From: Eledone cirrhosa
Taxonomy: Eukaryota
Reading direction: 5' to 3'
NCBI GenBank assembly: GCA_964016885.1
Contig: OZ024746.1
Coordinates: 28,954,001-29,018,000 of the forward strand
Length of the DNA: 64,000 nt
Positions 57,313 to 64,000 of this stretch are shown in pieces. Both the position numbers and the translations under genes were made by a program. The notes under the pieces were generated by a model. It did no database searches. It worked only from the letters and a program-made list of their open reading frames with translations, and was not told the origin of the DNA. The first letter of the stretch is position 1, and every line of letters starts with the position of its first letter.

Positions 57313-60300
57313 GAGGTGAGACTATACAACACTAATACTTACATTTGTTCTATATTGTATGTAAATACATATTTATGTATGTACATGTATCTGAACACAC
57401 ACACACACAGGGGAATCAGTGTTGCATATGTTACCGTGCATTCAGTCATATATGTGGTATGAGAGTCACGCATAGTAAAGGAGGAGAAGGAAGCGGGGAA
57501 AAAATCATACAATTTTAAGCAATGGAATCTGACATTTTCTATAGACATTAAAGCAAATACGATCACATAGCCAGAAATTGGTGTGAGTAATGTTTATAAA
57601 TAATATTGCAGTTACAGCGAATATAATCTCATCAGATATTTTATGTGAAACAACACGAAGGTTTGGGAGGAAAACCTTATTATGCACATGAGAAATTTTC
57701 AGGAATATAAGAGTGAAATGATTCTAACTCTGAATTCAGATATAGTCTTTGTTTATTCGATTTAGATTTCGTGGCGAAATAATTATATTGAGCACCTTCT
57801 TTCTCATTCAAAATTGTTTCTTTGTAGATAAAAAGATGGCGGCTACTGTTTATTATCAAAGTCCTTATAGATATATTCAAATTATGAAGCATTCTGATTG
57901 ATTTAAAAATCAACCGAATAAGCAGACAAGCGCTGTAATTTGATGCAACGGTGCCTCTAAGTTCTTTATTAAATAATTGCTTCTGTATCGTGACGTGAAA
58001 TAAAATATAATGTTTCTAAATAACCGTTTTGAAGCTCGTGTCATGTACAAAGTTGGAAAACAAAACATTTACTGCTCAGAAAAATTCAGAATAGACAAAA
58101 ATAACCCTTCACTTATAGATATTTTCCACAAAAGAAATTTATCATATATCTAAATTGCAACAAGAGTTATGGCCTTCAAAATTTCTAAACTTCGGAAACA
58201 TTACAGAAGAAAGACAAAGAATATTATTTGACCGTATTTGATTGTAATAAGCGGTGAATTGGCAGAGTCGTTAGCACGTCAGACAATATATTTTGCAGCG
58301 TTTACTGAATTCTGAATTCAAATCCCACCGAAGTTAGCTATGCTTTTCACACTTCCTGTGTCAATAAAAGAAGGTACCAGTTAACAAAAGTTGATATAAT
58401 CGACCCCCACTTACCAAAACATGTACCGAAATTCAAAACACTTATTTTTCTGTGAAAATAGGCGGCGAACTGGCTGTCATTAGATCGTCACATAGAATTC
58501 GGTTCAACAGAGTGATATATACGTATATCTCTATTAACTTTGGGACATCCTTCTTTCCTTCACTTCTTTCCACACTATTTCTGCAAGCTGTAGTCCGACG
58601 GAAAAAGGAAGAAAACCTACACATTTGCTGCTTGATATAAATCCAACTCAACACTTCATACACTTGGTACTTATTTCTTTGTCGAGATGTGAAATAAAAT
58701 ACTATATCCCAAAACACATGTTTTTAAGCTTGTACTTCATCCATTAAAATTTTACAGAAAAGAGATCGATAAAATAAATTGCCAAACTTGAACAAAATAA
58801 GTACTGGGATCGATATGATCGATTCAACCCCTGCAAGGTGGTGAACCTGTGATCGGAAAGCCATAACCAGCGACATGGTTGCAAAATAATATAAATTCTA
58901 AATCAATAGATTTAGCTGGAATGAAAGTAAAAGTAGAAAAGGTGGTGAAGATTATATAAACGAGGGTATCTAAATCATGTGAATACGGGAAAATGAAGTG
59001 TGGTTTACGAAGGAAGATTCTGGAAGTAAATTATTTACAGTTTGTAGTTACATTCCCTTACATGTGGAATTCCAACGTGAGTGTGATCGATTTCACCTTC
59101 CACCTTTATTAAGCCGATAAAACAAGTACAGGTAATATTGTGTTATAGATTTGATTGAATCTTTCCCAATGAAACTTAGCCCGAGGCATGGTCAGATGAA
59201 GTTGTACAGAAATCGCAAATCGGAAAATGAAGATATTAGTTTGTGAGATTTTTATGTCTGCGCCATTTTGAAGATTCTTGTCTATTCCTTATTGTAAAAG
59301 GTTTTAAATGTAACGCTAATGCGTTTCGGTTGAAACAAATACAGTTTCATCGCAGCGTAAGTAAAAGTCGTGTTAGCGCTAATGTAATATAGATTTTAGC
59401 ACAACCATGGTCTGGTTATGTACTAAGATTAGATATCATATTCCTAATGGATTTCCAATAGAATTACCTGGCCAAATATAAACGACTGGCATTCACTACT
59501 CACATAGTTGCCAAATTGAAAGAAAAATGTTCGTAGATTTACAGCACTGCTGTAGACAATTTATTGTATATAATGTAACATAAAAGCTCTTACTAAATAT
59601 AAAATTGATTTCTCAGTCATGGAGGCAATATCAGATCCAAAGTTTCACTATAAAAAAATAAAGAAGAGCTTTCCATCATTTTAAATTTACTGCATTTGAG
59701 AATGTTTCATACTGAATCTATAATACTGTAATTGCGTCACACCTGTGGTCAAATTGGTTTAAAATGATTAACATAATTATAAGTTCGTGCTATATATCCT
59801 CATGATCTTATGTTGCAACAAATAATGAAGTTTCAGTAAAATGTCTTTATTAATACTTGTTCCGCTAATCTACAATATATTAAATACAGGCTATTTCAAA
59901 CGTCTGGCTTTATAGAAAATCTATTTAACACTATAACATCCGCTTAAATTTCATGTATTAATTGTTATTTGCTAGCCTTTACATCTCAACATTTTGAATA
60001 TTTATTATAACAGCGAAAACACGGAAAGGGGTGTTCCAGGGGTGACATTCTAGAGAGGAAGGATTGGGCGACGTGATTAATCGAATCCTGAGTGTGGGGA
60101 AAATATGGGTGACAAGTGGATAAGAGATGGGGTAGTAGGTTTGACAGGAGACTAGCCAGCTCAGAGGAGTTAGTAGGATAGTGATATGAGACTAGCCAGC
60201 TTAGAGGAGTAGGGTAGAGTTAGCTGTATATTTGATGGCAAATAGGGATTTTAAAATACCTCGCTTTTAGTTCAAATGCCACCGAGGTTGCCTTTGCCTT

Positions 60301-61792
60301 TCATCCTTTCGAGCTCAATAAATAAAATACCAGTTACGTACTTCGGTTTATTCCGCCCCCCCCCCCCTCCTCTCTTCCCTCTCTCCCTCTCTTCTCTCTC
60401 TCTCTCTCCCTCCCTCTTCCTTTGGGAGAAATCGGCTGATTTTAGACTTGAAAAGTCAGGTTTTAAATGCTCAATCACTATGTGTGTTCTGACGGCTCCT
60501 CAACAACTCCTTCAAGATTTATGGGTACTTTACCTTACCTAAATGAATGTGTAAGCTACGTGAGGCTAAATGATAGATTAAGACATCGCTTGGTGTATGA
60601 TGTACTTGAGATGGATCGTTGTGGCTAATGTTACCTGAAAGACAGTCAAAACATATTAGATATAAGGGAATCAGAATCTAGAGAGGAGTAGCGTGAACAG
60701 GTGTAAAGAAAGATCCATTTACAGAGAAATGTTTATGGCTGTATACACAAACCAATTAGTTCTTCAGTGAAAATATCAATACATTGAAGGTATCGAGCTT
60801 CCAATGGGGTTAGAATGTTGAATGGAATATTTTATGGAATTCGTCCTGATTTTCTTCAAATCATGTTGATATAATTTTTACCTTTCATCATCAAGAGGTG
60901 GAAAAATAAAGTACCAGTTCAGTATAGAGGTTCATTCTTCATTTCTCTCTTTCTCTCTCCTTCTACCATTTGTTTCTCTCTCACTCACTCCCTCTCGATA
61001 TATCTTTCTTTCTCCCTCTCTCTTTCTCTATCTAAAAGAAATCGGCTGTATTCTGACCTGGAGAGGGATAGGCTTTACCAAGTTTAAATGTCCAAGTCTC
61101 ACACCGTATGTCACGGTAACGTCTCTACGACTCCATCACAAGCACAGATCCCTTGGATGAACGAACTAACGGATAACAAATACTACAACTTCTGATAATG
61201 ATGATTATGGTGATTATTTACAACAAAATTCGTAGAAAATGTTTTTCACATTATATAAATTGGACGGTAAAAAAAAATTATTTTGAAAAATATCGCATAT
61301 TTTGGTGGTTGTGAAGGATGTTTATGTAAACAGTTTAGTTATTGTTATTTGTATGTTGACGTATTTCAGTCTATTATTCACTCTGTAATTAAATAACGCT
61401 GCTTTGTAGTTAACTCTAAATATCTTCGACTACAGAGATAATGAATTATATTTTCTATTAGAAAGTACATATAAAAAATGAATAAGTTTCATAAATCACA
61501 CCTACTTAATTTCATCTCAGTAATTCATATCAACTATAAATTATATCACGTATCGTAATCAGTATATTAAATTTATATACATATATTTATATATTTACAA
61601 ATTTATATTATACATATATTTTTGTTTATACATACTTATATACTGAATATTGAATATATATATATATATATATATATAGATAGATAGATAGATATATATA
61701 TACGTATATATATTAAATATATATATATAAAAATATATATATGCATGTATATATATGTGTGTGTGTATTTATATATAATATATATGTATATA

Positions 61793-61852
<60 letters not shown>

Positions 61853-61874
61853 TATATATATATATATGTGTGTG

Positions 61875-61932
<58 letters not shown>

Positions 61933-61986
61933 CATGTTTATATTTATACACTTATTTTTGTTTATATACATCCATACGTATAAATG

Positions 61987-62067
<81 letters not shown>

Positions 62068-62144
62068 GTATATATATATATGTATATATATATATACATG
62101 TTTATATTTATACACTTATTTTTGTTTATATACATACACACACA

Positions 62145-62270
<126 letters not shown>

Positions 62271-63214
62271 GGGAGGGAGAGAGAGAGATATTAAATTTAA
62301 TTTACAAAACCAATGCACTAGATGATCTAAATGATATTTAATTATATTGTTTATTCAAACTCTTCCTTTATATCAATTCGTCCTAGATTTATTTTTAGAT
62401 CGATATTGATAAGTTCAAAGACATTTGTATTGATATATTTACCATGTACACCCATATATCTGAGCAATGACCTTTCCGTCTCCGTTCGATATTCGATCTT
62501 TCATCCTACTCTTAAAGTCAGCTATATCTTACTCCCTGGGGTGTGTCCGGGATTGTCACCCATGTGTGAGCCTCTTCAGCCACGGTGGGGTCGGAAACCG
62601 AAGCACCCCTCTCCAGGCTGTACACATAAACTCGCCACACTAACGAATACCAAGAAAACAAATCCTTTTTCGAACCACACCCAGCACATGAAGAATAATA
62701 GCAGAAAACACATTAGATAATGTAGTCTTAGATATTCTATGACTGAATAAATGATGTAATGAGATGATCCTGGCCGGGATTCTTTGGATTAAAGAGGCTT
62801 CGCTTAAAGGTTAATGGGCTGACTATGAAGGAGTGATGCTAAGGCTGTGAAATCTTGCATGCATTAATTTTAAATTTGTTTGTTAATAAGCTTCATTTTT
62901 TCTTTCCATGTTGAAAAATAAATCTCATTTGGTCATTCCATGAGAGTATCTTGGTTAGCATATGAACTTTTCAACCGAGCCTGGTATATCTGTTCAATGA
63001 CGGCTGTATTGAGGCAAAATAAAGAACAACTTCAGTTTGAGAGAAATGAAACATCTTGTTATCTACACTGGAGTCAGTTGTAATTAAACACATTGCATAC
63101 AAGCAGTTTCTATCAATGAGAACTTTGAATTTTCAATGAATCTATGCCATAAGCAGGAGCTCATACTGTGAAGGTATGTGGGTCACTGGATAACAAATTG
63201 GCGATTTTCTGTTT

Positions 63215-63237
63215 ATCACAGTGGTATAATCAATAAT

Positions 63238-63290
<53 letters not shown>

Positions 63291-63630
63291 TTTATTCAAT
63301 ATATATCTATGTATATCACAATGGTTTAGACAATATTTATATATATCAAAATGCTTTATACAATATCTATATATATATATATATATATATTAAAGTGGTT
63401 TATGCAATATCTATATATATATCACAGTGTTTTATTCAATAAGTATCTATGTATATCACAGTGGTATATACAATATCTATATATATATATCTCAGAGATG
63501 TATACAATATCTCTATGTTACAGTGTTTTATACAATATCTATATATATTACAATAAATATCTATGTTTATCACAGTGGTTTATTTTAATAACTATCTATA
63601 AATATCACATACGTTTATTTCAATAAATAT
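63215..63630. repeat. Degenerate ~35-40-bp tandem repeat
   Basis: TATCACAGTG(G/T)TTTATACAATATCTAT units. Confidence 0.75.
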
Positions 63631-63747
63631 CCAACATATTTGAATTCTAATGATTGTTTACTTCATTCTGCTACTTCTTTGGGGAACATTATTTCATTCT
63701 ATTCTGTTGTTAGTTTATCTCCTTCACTGACATATTTTTAATTAGTC

Positions 63748-63901
63748 TCCTCTAATTCTGAAATTATTTAGTTGGTCCCCTTTCACTAACATATTTCTAA
63801 TAAAAGATACTGTCCCCTCTAATTCTGAAATTATTTAGTTGGTCCCCTTTCACTAACATATTTCTAATAAAAGATACTGTCCCCTCTAATTCTGAAATTA
63901 T
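63748..63901. repeat. ~67-bp tandem repeat x2.3
   Basis: CTCTAATTCTGAAATTATTTAGTTGGTCCCCTTTCACTAACATATTTC... repeated. Confidence 0.85.
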
Positions 63902-64000
63902 GTTGAAAATGTTCAACAATCTGGAGGTATTTAGCAAAATAACTAACTTTTTAAATGAAAAAACAATGTCGTCTCTAATTGAGACGAAGCGAGAGTGTAT

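Overview
AT-rich eukaryotic DNA saturated with (TA)n/(CA)n/(GA)n microsatellites. It is probably an octopus-like cephalopod, which is inferred from repeat style only. No intact host gene is evident, and almost all ORF-track entries are microsatellite artefacts. Conventional content: a full-length but decayed Tx1/L1-clade LINE (about 7993-13660), RTE fragments, a mariner relic, hAT-like relics, a non-autonomous Helitron, two tRNA-derived SINE families and several minisatellites. The main unannotated signal is more than 20 type-I hammerhead ribozyme (HHR) cores (CUGANGA...GAAA...NUH), counting mirror-image and degenerate copies, from about 9-10 sequence families. Most have a self-complementary (dimer-type) stem III and sit in short elements inserted in (TA)n, with a Penelope-like [outward tail + inverted arm + direct arm] fold-back layout. 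Among them are a 3.4-unit tandem array of a ~470-bp HHR monomer (20611-22370) and a 440-bp relative (28849-29480). Both carry ATGCAAAT octamers upstream of the ribozyme, so they are candidate circRNA-producing retrozymes. A decayed Penelope-like GIY-YIG C-terminus is also present. All structures were read by eye; no folding or database search was run.
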